A stretch of 64,000 nucleotides of DNA, taken from NCBI GenBank assembly GCA_051252375.1, contig JBPOFY010000012.1, forward strand, positions 10,675-74,674. Direction: 5' to 3'. How positions within the stretch are numbered: position 1 is the stretch's first letter; each line of letters opens with the position of its first letter. Below, one piece after another: positions 9,142 through 18,240 of this stretch. Both the position numbers and the translations under genes were made by a program. This DNA comes from Opitutaceae bacterium (GTDB lineage Bacteria; Verrucomicrobiota; Verrucomicrobiia; Opitutales; Coraliomargaritaceae). Below the pieces are notes generated by a model. That model was not told the DNA's origin, made no database searches, and saw only the letters and a program-made list of their open reading frames with translations.

Positions 9142-10326
9142 TTACGCTTTCACCAGTGCGGCTGCGTAAAATCCATCATAGCCAGTGACTGCGGGCGAGA
9201 CGATGCATTCTTCGACGAGGCTGAAATTACCTCCTGCGATGAGTTGATCCACTGCGGCGCGATTCTCAGATGGCAGGACGGAGCATGTGGCATAGACCAA
9301 TCGTCCGCCAGGTTTCAACATCTGGGTGTAGCTTGCGAGGAGCTCGGCTTGAGTCGCACGCACTTTCTGCAATTGATCGGCGGTGAGACGCCACTTGAGA
9401 TCGGGTTGTCGCTTTAATGTGCCGAGACCGGAGCAGGGGGAATCGATCAAAAGACCGTCTGCGGCTTCGCGGTATGTCTCTATCGTGTCAGGTGTGATGA
9501 CTTGTGTTTCGATACACTTGGAGGCTCTGGCGCGTTGCGCGCGTCGCTCTAGCTCTTGTAACTTCCGTGGATGGATATCCATGGCAATGATGCGCCCCTC
9601 GTTTTGCATCAGTGCTGCGAGATGCAGTGTCTTGCCGCCGGCGCCTGCGCACGTATCGATAATAAAGTCACCGGTTTGCGGTTTGAGTAGCGGCGCAATC
9701 ATTTGTGATCCGGCGTCCTGTATCTCGACGCGACCATCCATACGAACTGATTTGGGAATGGTTTTACCCGGCAACAGAGCCAAGGTGTGAGGTAGCCCTT
9801 CGACAGCTTCGGCGGTGATGTGATACTCCGATGCCAGCCATTCGATCGCTGCCGACGGGCTGGTCTTCAAGGTGTTGACGCGCAGGTAGACGCGGGTGCG
9901 TTGATTGAGCGCGGTGATCTCGTTGTCCCATGTTTCACCGAGCTCTGCTTGCCCAAGGGCATCCAACCAATCAGGGATAGATTCGCGAATGGTGCGGGGT
10001 TGCTCGGCGAGTAAGCCCTCTCGTGTGCGCATCTCGTCGGAGGTGGCACCGGGATGCTCCCACCAGTCTGGTAGTTCAAAGCCCATACGCACCCATTGAG
10101 CAGCGCAGAGCGCAGGGACCTCTTCGCTCTCGACCAAAAATTGGAGGGTCCGTCGCCAGCGGATCACTTCAAAGACTGTTTCAGCGATAAAGCTGCGGTC
10201 GCGCTTGCCCCATTTCGGGTGTGACTCGAATGCCTTGGCTAGCGCATGATCCACCACTTTGCCTTCGTTCAGGGCAGACTGAATAATTTCGGCGGCGGCG
10301 TTGGCCAAGATGCGGTGCATTCTCAT
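9142..10326 (-). CDS. rsmB: RsmB/Sun-family 16S rRNA m5C methyltransferase
   Basis: NusB-like N-terminal part, SAM motif DTCAGAGGKTLHLAALM, catalytic IDSPCSGLGTLKRQPDLKWR and VYATCS. Start uncertain (TTG 10362, ATG 10326 or 10320). Confidence 0.75.
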   Translation of the reverse strand: MRMHRILANAAAEIIQSALNEGKVVDHALAKAFESHPKWGKRDRSFIAETVFEVIRWRRTLQFLVESEEVPALCAAQWVRMGFELPDWWEHPGATSDEMRTREGLLAEQPRTIRESIPDWLDALGQAELGETWDNEITALNQRTRVYLRVNTLKTSPSAAIEWLASEYHITAEAVEGLPHTLALLPGKTIPKSVRMDGRVEIQDAGSQMIAPLLKPQTGDFIIDTCAGAGGKTLHLAALMQNEGRIIAMDIHPRKLQELERRAQRARASKCIETQVITPDTIETYREAADGLLIDSPCSGLGTLKRQPDLKWRLTADQLQKVRATQAELLASYTQMLKPGGRLVYATCSVLPSENRAAVDQLIAGGNFSLVEECIVSPAVTGYDGFYAAALVKA

Positions 10327-10456
10327 AGGTCGTGATTTTTCTGAAAGTGGAGCGCATTGCAATTGTAAGGGGGCGCTAATTTTCTCGTGTTACGTATATA
10401 TCAGCTTCTGATTTGAAGATTGAAACTTTTTGCTGTAGTTAACCATTAGATTAATT

Positions 10457-11377
10457 ATGCGCACTCTAACTTGTATTGCTCTATTTCTCGGCTGTTGGTT
10501 TAGCGGTCTATCGGCGGCATCTGTATTACTCGATGTTAAAGGTGAGTCTTATCCGATCCCGGTAAAAGTATACTTGCCGACCGATTTAGCAGAGCCCGCA
10601 CCTGTGGTGTTCTTTTCGCATGGCCTCGGTGGCTCGCGAGAGGGGAATGTCTATTTAGGAGAGCATTGGTCGGATGCCGGCTATGTGGTGGTCTTTGTGC
10701 AACACCCCGGCAGTGACAAATCGGTTTGGGAGGACGCACCGCTTTTCAAGCGTGGTCAAGCGCTTAAGAGTGGAGCCTCAGCGGAGCAGTTTTTTAAGCG
10801 TATAAACGATGTGAAGCGGGTATTGGATCATCTGGAAGATTCTGAAACTGAGCTGGGGCGTTTACTTGAAGGAAAAGTGAATACAGAGCGTATGGCGATG
10901 ACAGGGCACAGTTTCGGTGCAGTGACGTCGCAGGCTTTGATGGGGCAGCGGTTTGAGAAGTTTGGTGTCCTTAGTTATCTAGAAGAGCGCTTTGATTGCT
11001 TTATTCTAATGAGCCCATCGCAAAGCACGAAATTGGACGACGCGAAGGCTTTTGCCGGAGTCAAGGCACCGGTGCTCTGTATGACAGGCACTAAAGATAC
11101 GAGTCCGATCCGGAAAGAAGTGACAGCGGAAAGCCGTCAACTAGTCTATGCCAACATAGGATCGGCAGAGGCTTACCAAGTGGTTTTTGATAAAGGTGCC
11201 CATTCGATCTTCGGCGACTATCGAAAGAATGATGCGCGTTATCATAAAGCGATTCTTCCGCTCACCACTGCTTTTCTCGATACGTATCTGAAAGACGACA
11301 CTGCTGCCCGTGGATGGTTGCGTGGCGAAGAAGTGCGTGAAGTGCTCGTGCCTAAAGATCTGTGGCAAGTGCGCTAA
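10457..11377 (+). CDS. Secreted alpha/beta hydrolase (dienelactone hydrolase / PAF-acetylhydrolase-like)
   Basis: Signal-like N-terminus, VVFFSHGLGGSREG, nucleophile elbow GHSFGA. Confidence 0.65.
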   Translation: MRTLTCIALFLGCWFSGLSAASVLLDVKGESYPIPVKVYLPTDLAEPAPVVFFSHGLGGSREGNVYLGEHWSDAGYVVVFVQHPGSDKSVWEDAPLFKRGQALKSGASAEQFFKRINDVKRVLDHLEDSETELGRLLEGKVNTERMAMTGHSFGAVTSQALMGQRFEKFGVLSYLEERFDCFILMSPSQSTKLDDAKAFAGVKAPVLCMTGTKDTSPIRKEVTAESRQLVYANIGSAEAYQVVFDKGAHSIFGDYRKNDARYHKAILPLTTAFLDTYLKDDTAARGWLRGEEVREVLVPKDLWQVR

Positions 11378-11418
11378 GGCTGTTTATGACGACAGACAGG
11401 AATGTCTGTCTCACGAGT

Positions 11419-12117
11419 TTATATCTGACAGTTCTCCAGTGCGTGCTGTAGCGCACTGAGCAGCGTCTTCTCGATCTCGGTTTGGCTCTGCTTGGCTTGG
11501 GTTTCTTTGGTGGCGAGCCAGGTAGTGGTGAGCGCGGCGATGACGTTGCCATTGGCGCCTTTAACCGGGATGCCTAAATCGTAAACACCAGCGTAGAGGT
11601 TACTTTCCATTTTTTCGAAGCCATTGCTTCGTATGGCTTCGAGGCGTTCGTGTAACCAAGTTAACTTTTTTGGGCTCAGCGAATTTCTTTGGAGGAAGCT
11701 GTTGAGCTCATCTTTGGGTAGACCTGAAAGTAGGATGCGACCCGAGACGGTTTCGACAGGATCTTGATGTTGTCCAATCTGGAGACTGATACGTGCGAGC
11801 TTTGGGCTCTCGACTTGAGCGATCACCACCATTTGGCTTTCTTGGAGGAGGCTGAGGTGCACAGACTCTTGGGTGGCATCGACAAAGGCATACATCGCGG
11901 GGCGTAGGACTATTTCCAAGTCGCGATAGGGTGGGTAGCGTAGCGCCATCCTATACAGTTTGCTGCTTAAGGAGTAGCCGCCCTGCGCGCTGCGGATCAA
12001 GTAGCCCGAATTATGTAGCACCGTGACCATGCGCTGGATCTCGGACACGCTTCTACCCATCTCATTCGCTAGCTGCGAGAGGGTGAGTGGCTCAGGTTGA
12101 TTGCTGAGACATTCCAA
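11419..12117 (-). CDS. IclR-family transcriptional regulator
   Basis: wHTH LTLSQLANEMGRSVSEIQRMVTVLHNSGYL plus an IclR effector domain. The frame stays open upstream and encodes APALEKGLLI (IclR helix-1-like) with no ATG/GTG/TTG, so the true start is unclear. Confidence 0.75.
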   Translation of the reverse strand: MECLSNQPEPLTLSQLANEMGRSVSEIQRMVTVLHNSGYLIRSAQGGYSLSSKLYRMALRYPPYRDLEIVLRPAMYAFVDATQESVHLSLLQESQMVVIAQVESPKLARISLQIGQHQDPVETVSGRILLSGLPKDELNSFLQRNSLSPKKLTWLHERLEAIRSNGFEKMESNLYAGVYDLGIPVKGANGNVIAALTTTWLATKETQAKQSQTEIEKTLLSALQHALENCQI

Positions 12118-12347
12118 GATCAGTAAGCCCTTTTCCAGGGCGGGCGCTTGGCTCTTTTCGTTTGACTTATTGTTTTTGATAATAGTTTTTATATTTAGAT
12201 TAATCGTTAGGGGTGTGTCGACTTTATTGTATATAATAATGCAGTTGTGGGAGGCTTCTCAAGCTCGATTAAACAGACAATCTGATTGTTGCGACGTTGC
12301 CTAGGGTCGTAGCATGACTACCACTCAGACCGCCTACCTACCCCCGC
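12118..12347. promoter_or_regulatory. Divergent AT-rich control region between the IclR gene and the symporter operon
   Basis: AT-rich tract with a TATAAT hexamer at 12232-12237 (+ strand). No convincing -35 was found, and the operator is not identified. Confidence 0.3.
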
Positions 12348-14027
12348 ATGGAAAATCCAAATACTGCCATTACTTCCGTGAGTTCCGAGATCGGAGCGAT
12401 CGACGTTTCAATTATCATTTTATACATTCTGGGCATTGTTGCTTTGGGCTGTTGGGCAGGCATCCGCAACAAGAAGGCGCATGCCGCAACCAAGGCGAAC
12501 GACTATTTCCTCGCCGGTAGTTCTCTTAAATGGCCGGTGATCGGTCTTGCGCTTTTTGCGACGAATATCTCGACCGTGCACTTGGTCAGTTTGGCGCAAA
12601 GTGGTTTCGACTTTGGTCTAGCCTACGGCAACTTCGAATGGATGGCGGTCTTCACGCTGTTGATCTTGGCACTCTTTTTCGCGCCGTTTTTTGTTCGTGC
12701 AAAGGTGGCGACACTGCCGGACTTTTTGGAGAAGCGCTATAGTCGTCCCAGTCGCGACATGTTGACCGTGCTATCGATTGTATCCGCAATCTTCATACAC
12801 ATTGGTTTCGCGCTCTTTACCGGGGCAGTTGTCCTGAAGGGTATGTTTGGTTTTCCGTTGGAGGCTAGTATCATTGGTGTAGCCTTATTGACAGGTCTCT
12901 ACACTGTGGTGGGTGGCTTAATGGCAGTGGTGATTACCGAGTCGATTCAGACGATAATCCTACTGCTGGGCGCGATCATTTTGACTGCGATCTCATGGTT
13001 TAAGGTCGGGGGTTGGGATGGTATGGCGATGTCGGTTGATCCGGTGCACCTGACGATGCTGCGCCCGACTGGAGATAGTTCGGGTTTGCCGTGGTATTCT
13101 GTGCTACTTGGTTTTCCTGTGCTGGGTATTTGGTATTGGTGCACCGACCAGACGATTGTGCAGCGTGTGTTGGCAGCAAAAGATGAGAATCAAGCGCGCT
13201 TAGGTGCGATCTTCGCAGGCTTCATCAAAATTTTACCGGTCTTCATTTTTATTCTTCCAGGTCTCATGTGCTCGGCCATGTTGGAGCAGGGCATTCTCGA
13301 TGTGAGCCAGTTTCCCATGAAGTTGGTGGATGGCGAAATGGTGAAAGACACGAGTGGCACGTATGCCTTCATGGTGCGTGAACTTTTGCCTGTGGGCGTG
13401 AAGGGGATCGTGGCGGCGGCTCTGTTGTCCGCTTTGATGAGCACGGTTTCGGGTGCTTTGAATTCGATCTCCACGCTCTTCAGCTATGATCTACTCAAGC
13501 GTGTGCGTCCGGATACTTCGGATAAAACGCTCGTTCTCGCCGGACGTATTGTCGCAGTGTTGGCGATGTTTGTCGCGATCTTGTGGTCGACCAATATCGA
13601 TCGCTTTGGGAATTTGATGGAAGGGTTTAACTCGGTCATCGGCAATGTGGCGCCACCGATTACGACCGTTTTCCTGTTTGGTGTCTTTTGGAAGCGTGCC
13701 TCGGCCTTCGCAGCACAGTGGACGCTCTACATCGGCACAGCAATGGGCGGCACCGTCTTCGCATGTGATATGGTCGGCTATAAAATCTTTGGTAACACTC
13801 CGTTCCTTATGGTGCCGTTTTATCTTTTCGTGATCTGCAGTGTGGTGATGACAGTGTTGAGCTATTGGAAGCCGCATGTTCACACGGAGGAGAGTTCGGT
13901 CTTGTTTTGGAAGACTCCACTAGAGCCGCTCATGCTTTCGGGGGGAGGTTCGGGTTTGAAAGATTATAGGGTCTTGAGCATTATTTTATTCGTCACCATG
14001 GTGGGGCTCTTCTATACGTTCCGCTAG
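12348..14027 (+). CDS. Sodium:solute symporter (SSF) family transporter
   Basis: 559 aa with about 13 hydrophobic helices; motifs DYFLAGSSL, GLALFATNIS, TDQTIVQRVLAAK. Confidence 0.85.
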   Translation: MENPNTAITSVSSEIGAIDVSIIILYILGIVALGCWAGIRNKKAHAATKANDYFLAGSSLKWPVIGLALFATNISTVHLVSLAQSGFDFGLAYGNFEWMAVFTLLILALFFAPFFVRAKVATLPDFLEKRYSRPSRDMLTVLSIVSAIFIHIGFALFTGAVVLKGMFGFPLEASIIGVALLTGLYTVVGGLMAVVITESIQTIILLLGAIILTAISWFKVGGWDGMAMSVDPVHLTMLRPTGDSSGLPWYSVLLGFPVLGIWYWCTDQTIVQRVLAAKDENQARLGAIFAGFIKILPVFIFILPGLMCSAMLEQGILDVSQFPMKLVDGEMVKDTSGTYAFMVRELLPVGVKGIVAAALLSALMSTVSGALNSISTLFSYDLLKRVRPDTSDKTLVLAGRIVAVLAMFVAILWSTNIDRFGNLMEGFNSVIGNVAPPITTVFLFGVFWKRASAFAAQWTLYIGTAMGGTVFACDMVGYKIFGNTPFLMVPFYLFVICSVVMTVLSYWKPHVHTEESSVLFWKTPLEPLMLSGGGSGLKDYRVLSIILFVTMVGLFYTFR

Positions 14028-14080
14028 TTCACCGAATTTATCTTTCATCTAAACGCGACTTCTCGACTTAGAGTATACCC

Positions 14081-15097
14081 ATGAGACCTATCCAAGGCAT
14101 TTACGTTCCGACAGCGGTTCCTTACCTCGATAATCAGAAGATTAACGAGGGCGAGTTGCGCAAAATTGTATCTTGGCTCATCGACAAAGGAGTGAGCGGT
14201 ATTTACCCGAATGGTAGTATCGGAGAGTTTATTCGCCTGAGCTTTGAGGAGCGCAAGCGTGTCGTATCGATCATTGCCGACGAAGCGAGAGGGCGGGTGC
14301 CTATTCTTGCAGGAGCCGCAGAGCCCAATGTCGATGCTGTGATTGAGATGTGCAACTACTCTGCGGATCTTGGTTGTGAGGCAGTTTCGATTACCGGTCC
14401 GTATTACTATCAAGTTAGCCAAGAGAGCATCGAGGCTTACTTCCGTGAGATCGCAGCGCGTTCGCCGATCGATATCGTGATTTACAATATTCCGGCTTTC
14501 GCCAATGAAATTTCCGTTCCTGTGCTCAAGCGTCTTGCGCTGGATTGCCCGCGTATTGTTGGCACCAAAGACAGCAGTAAGGACATGTGTCGTTTCATTC
14601 ACGTTTTGAATGAGATCAAACCACAGCGACCTGAGTTTTCCGCTTTGGTTGGGTGGGAAGAGTTGCTCGTCCCCACCATGATGATGGGCGGCGATGGTGG
14701 CACGCTCTCCACTGCAGGTGTCGCTCCCGAAGTGATCATGAAGCTCTACGAAACCGCTAAGGCGAAAGACTGGGAGAAGGCAAAGGAGTTGCAGTTTAAA
14801 ATTCTCGAATTGTTCAATGCGATGATTACGGCTCCTAACTTTCCTTCAGGTTTCCGAGCTGGTTATGAGATGCGTGGCTTTTCGATCGGTCCTGCACGTT
14901 ATCCGCTATCAAGTGCTGAAGCTGAACAAATGCAGGAAGTCCGTAATCACGTGGCCTGCTTGTTGACCGATTGCGGGTTCTCTGAAGCAGCCGCTTCTTG
15001 TAAGACTCGGAACTGCACATCGAACGTCATCTCCGGTGCTCCTATCGATGTCGAAGCCATCGTGAAGTCCGTGATGGACAGTCTGAATCAGAAATAA
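14081..15097 (+). CDS. DapA/NAL-family (dihydrodipicolinate synthase-like) aldolase with a ~45-aa C-terminal extension
   Basis: GIYVPTAVPY, GIYPNGSIGEF, YNIPAFA, VGTKDSS are typical of the class I aldolase DapA family. Substrate unknown. Confidence 0.8.
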   Translation: MRPIQGIYVPTAVPYLDNQKINEGELRKIVSWLIDKGVSGIYPNGSIGEFIRLSFEERKRVVSIIADEARGRVPILAGAAEPNVDAVIEMCNYSADLGCEAVSITGPYYYQVSQESIEAYFREIAARSPIDIVIYNIPAFANEISVPVLKRLALDCPRIVGTKDSSKDMCRFIHVLNEIKPQRPEFSALVGWEELLVPTMMMGGDGGTLSTAGVAPEVIMKLYETAKAKDWEKAKELQFKILELFNAMITAPNFPSGFRAGYEMRGFSIGPARYPLSSAEAEQMQEVRNHVACLLTDCGFSEAAASCKTRNCTSNVISGAPIDVEAIVKSVMDSLNQK

Positions 15098-15149
15098 TTT
15101 TGGTTGTAGTTACATCCGTTACTCCAAGTGGGAGTCTTCGATACCCACC

Positions 15150-15174
15150 AACATCTCATTTGCCCTGAGATGTT
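15150..15174 (+). terminator. Perfect 9-bp hairpin between the DapA-like and beta-propeller genes (weak terminator/attenuator candidate)
   Basis: AACATCTCA-TTTGCCC-TGAGATGTT; no clear T-run follows. Confidence 0.3.
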
Positions 15175-15234
15175 TGATTGCCCCTGACTTGAATACACGA
15201 AGCGGTATGCCGCGAAGCTATATCATATACTATC

Positions 15235-16821
15235 ATGAAACCTCTCCCCATTCTCACCTTAGGCTTAGGTCTCCTTCTTAATATCTCCTGTGCGCATAAC
15301 TGGCCGCAAGCTTCTGGTGCGAACGGTGATTGGACAGCGAAGACCGGAGGTAATGCCCCCACTAAGTTCAACGTCGCGACCGGAGAGAATGTGCTCTGGA
15401 CGAAGCCTTTGCTTGAGGGCGGTCAGAGCGGTATCGCAGTTTGGGAGGATCGAATCTTTCTCACGATTATGAAGCCCTTCGGGCTCGATGGGCAAGACAC
15501 GCCCAAAGGTGCCACCATTCACGCACTTTGTATCGACGCGAAGACGCAAAAAACTCTTTGGCAGTATGAGGTCGTAGGCAGCGCGCCGAGTATGTATATG
15601 TATGGTTTCAGCGATTCGTCCACGCCGACGCCGATTACAGATGGCGAGCTTGTGTGGTTCACCAATGCTAGTGGCAAAGTCGTCTGCTTAAATATGGAGG
15701 GCGATCTTGTTTGGGAGCGTAGTTGGCGCTCCGACAACGAAGTGCTTAACCCGAAGAGGAAGTTCCCCTTCAATAAACAGTTCGAGCCCTTCCTCGTCGG
15801 CGACACCTTTGTTAATATGGAGCCTTACGATAGTGACGACGGCGTGCGCGAGCTTGGTTGGCATTATCTCTACGGACTCGATAGTAAAACAGGTGAGCTT
15901 AAGTGGATATCCGAGGACGGCTTGACGCACTACAACACGCCATGCTTTTCAACCGATGCCCTTGGCAAGCCAACTGCGATGGTCGGTCGGGGAGGGCACC
16001 ACGGCGTCCCAGAGAAACCTACGGGTTACTCAATGATCGATCTCAGCGATGGATCGCTTATCTGGCAGCAGCAGTATCCGCAGATCAAAGGCTCCGCCCT
16101 CTACAACGCCGCCTTCACTAAAGACTATGCCGTCTGGATTTCTGAAACGGACAGCGCTGTCGTTCTTCTCGATCCAAAGACAGGTGAAGCGATTAAGAAG
16201 ATCGACCTACGCAAGCAAGTTGACTTGCGCACCTTCGACCAAGGGAAAGGAGTCTATGTTTTGCAAAAAGACTTTGATCTCAGTCAGACCGAAAACCCTA
16301 ATGTCTTTCCTGCGTGGTATACCAATATCATCGTAGGTGATCACCTTTACTTCATGTGTTTCAAGGATGAGTTTGTGGCACCGATGTTTAAAAAGAAGAT
16401 GCAACTTTCGCCTCGTTATGCATTCGGTCGGGTGAACTTAAAAACCGACAAAATTGAATATCTTGAAGTGCCCGTCCATATCGACGACGAGGGCAGGTAT
16501 CTCTGGCAAGAAGAGCTCAAGACCAGCGCGGAAAACTCCAGAGGTCTTTCGCCTACGCCCGACATACGTTCCAAGCGAGATGGCTGGTGGTGGTGTTTTA
16601 ATGCCAATCCCATGCGTGTGAACGACACACTATATTTTACCACCATGATCGGCAACTGCTACACATTCGATACAACTGCTGAGGTCTTCGACCGGTCAGC
16701 TTTTATTGCGCTCAATCCACTCGGTAAGCGCAGCGAAAGCTGGTCCTTGAGCACGCCGACATACGCCAACGGTAAGCTTTACCACCGCACGATGAAAGAG
16801 CTCATCTGTGTGGGCGAGTAG
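15235..16821 (+). CDS. Secreted PQQ-like/BamB-like beta-propeller repeat protein
   Basis: Signal-like N-terminus; repeated W/G-rich blades (LWTKPL..., LWQYEV..., LVWERSW..., LKWISE..., LIWQQQY...). Confidence 0.6.
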   Translation: MKPLPILTLGLGLLLNISCAHNWPQASGANGDWTAKTGGNAPTKFNVATGENVLWTKPLLEGGQSGIAVWEDRIFLTIMKPFGLDGQDTPKGATIHALCIDAKTQKTLWQYEVVGSAPSMYMYGFSDSSTPTPITDGELVWFTNASGKVVCLNMEGDLVWERSWRSDNEVLNPKRKFPFNKQFEPFLVGDTFVNMEPYDSDDGVRELGWHYLYGLDSKTGELKWISEDGLTHYNTPCFSTDALGKPTAMVGRGGHHGVPEKPTGYSMIDLSDGSLIWQQQYPQIKGSALYNAAFTKDYAVWISETDSAVVLLDPKTGEAIKKIDLRKQVDLRTFDQGKGVYVLQKDFDLSQTENPNVFPAWYTNIIVGDHLYFMCFKDEFVAPMFKKKMQLSPRYAFGRVNLKTDKIEYLEVPVHIDDEGRYLWQEELKTSAENSRGLSPTPDIRSKRDGWWWCFNANPMRVNDTLYFTTMIGNCYTFDTTAEVFDRSAFIALNPLGKRSESWSLSTPTYANGKLYHRTMKELICVGE

Positions 16822-16825
16822 GTAG

Positions 16826-16847
16826 GGTTCGTTATCCTTAACGAACC
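16826..16847 (+). terminator. Hairpin after the beta-propeller gene
   Basis: GGTTCGTTA-TCC-TTAACGAACC, starting 5 nt after the stop. Confidence 0.4.
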
Positions 16848-16867
16848 GTTTGCATAGCTCTCGCTCG

Positions 16868-16887
16868 GCGCGATAAGGATATCGCGC
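16868..16887 (-). terminator. Hairpin abutting the stop of the DUF1501 gene
   Basis: GCGCGATA-AGGA-TATCGCGC, immediately 3' of the minus-strand stop at 16888-16890. Confidence 0.4.
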
Positions 16888-18240
16888 TTACCCCAACCCT
16901 TGAATCGTCATACTGCCCACCTTGTTAAAGTGTTCGTCTTCGATGCCGAACTTCTGAGCTAGAGTGAGGTGGAGATCCGCCAGTGGCTGGTTGCGGACAT
17001 TGATATGGCGCCCCGGCTTGATCGTGCCCTTGCCTTTACCGGCAATGAGGATTGGAAGATTGTTCTTCTTGTGACCGTTGCCGTCTTTCATGCCGGAGCC
17101 GTAGAGAACGATCGAGTTATCCAATAGGCTGGAGCCATCCTCGTCGATCGACTTCATGCGCTCGAGGAAGTATTTGAATTGCTCGATATACCAGGTGCTG
17201 ACTGTGGTGTATTGATCGACTGATTTCTTCTGCTCCTTGTGGTGAGAGATACCGTGGTGGTCTCCGGTTACGCCTTCGATAAAACTGAAGTTCTGACGAC
17301 TGAAGCCGTGCGCGGTCATCAAAGTGCTAACGCGTGTGGTGTCGGTCCAAAGTGAGAGGATCATAATGTCCATCATGAGACGTAAGTGATCGGCACGACT
17401 GCGGGGGATGCCCGGTTCGGGTCGGAAAAAGTCCGACTCGCTTGGACTCGTCGGTGGGATCCAGCTACGTTCGGGCGGCAAGATGGTGCGGTCCAGTTGT
17501 GTTTCCACAGAGCGGACGCTGTCGAGGTATTCGTCGAGCTTGTGCTGGTCGAGGTAGCTGGCCTTGCGTTTCAGGCTCTTGGCATCTTCGAGCACGATAT
17601 CGACAACACTCTTTTTTAGTTCGGCGCTCCGTTTTGCCTCGGGTCCAGAGTTGTCGCGAAAGAGACGATCGAAGGCGACACGAGGATTGATCTCGGGTGA
17701 GATACGGGTGGTCGGCGAGCTCCAGGAGACAGTGTTGGCCATGGATATTGGCTGACCGGCCCGACCCTGGCGTGGCGGCTCGGTGCCGAGAACGAGAGAC
17801 TCAAAAGCGGTGTCGGTGCCGATTTGTTGCGCTATCTTCTGGTCGAGCGATGTTTCCGAACGCCCATTCATCACCGCATGTCCGGAGAGGAAGGCACTGG
17901 TCATGCCGACGTGGCCACCACCGGCGGTATTGTTGAGACCCGATACGACGAGTAGATCGTCGCGCATGCTTTCGAGTGGCTTGAGGATAGGGGAGAATTC
18001 GTAGTTGGTTCCTTCGCCGATTACGTCCCATGCTTTGGGATAAACACCGTTGGGCTGGAAAATACTAATGAAGCGAAGCGGTGCGCCGAGCGTGGATGCT
18101 GCGCTGACGCGGGCGGCTCCAGCTTTTGCGACCGTGGCGGCCTCTTCTGCCATGGCCATGATCTCTAGCTTTGGTAGGGCGAGCATGGCACCCATACCCC
18201 TAAGCATGGTGCGGCGAGAGATGTTCCATGATTTCCTCAT
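16888..18240 (-). CDS. DUF1501 (sulfatase-fold) protein with a Tat-like signal
   Basis: RRTMLRGMGAMLALP twin-arginine-like N-terminus and conserved GGHVG / HHGISHH-type motifs. Its start overlaps the upstream gene stop (ATGA). Confidence 0.85.
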   Translation of the reverse strand: MRKSWNISRRTMLRGMGAMLALPKLEIMAMAEEAATVAKAGAARVSAASTLGAPLRFISIFQPNGVYPKAWDVIGEGTNYEFSPILKPLESMRDDLLVVSGLNNTAGGGHVGMTSAFLSGHAVMNGRSETSLDQKIAQQIGTDTAFESLVLGTEPPRQGRAGQPISMANTVSWSSPTTRISPEINPRVAFDRLFRDNSGPEAKRSAELKKSVVDIVLEDAKSLKRKASYLDQHKLDEYLDSVRSVETQLDRTILPPERSWIPPTSPSESDFFRPEPGIPRSRADHLRLMMDIMILSLWTDTTRVSTLMTAHGFSRQNFSFIEGVTGDHHGISHHKEQKKSVDQYTTVSTWYIEQFKYFLERMKSIDEDGSSLLDNSIVLYGSGMKDGNGHKKNNLPILIAGKGKGTIKPGRHINVRNQPLADLHLTLAQKFGIEDEHFNKVGSMTIQGLG

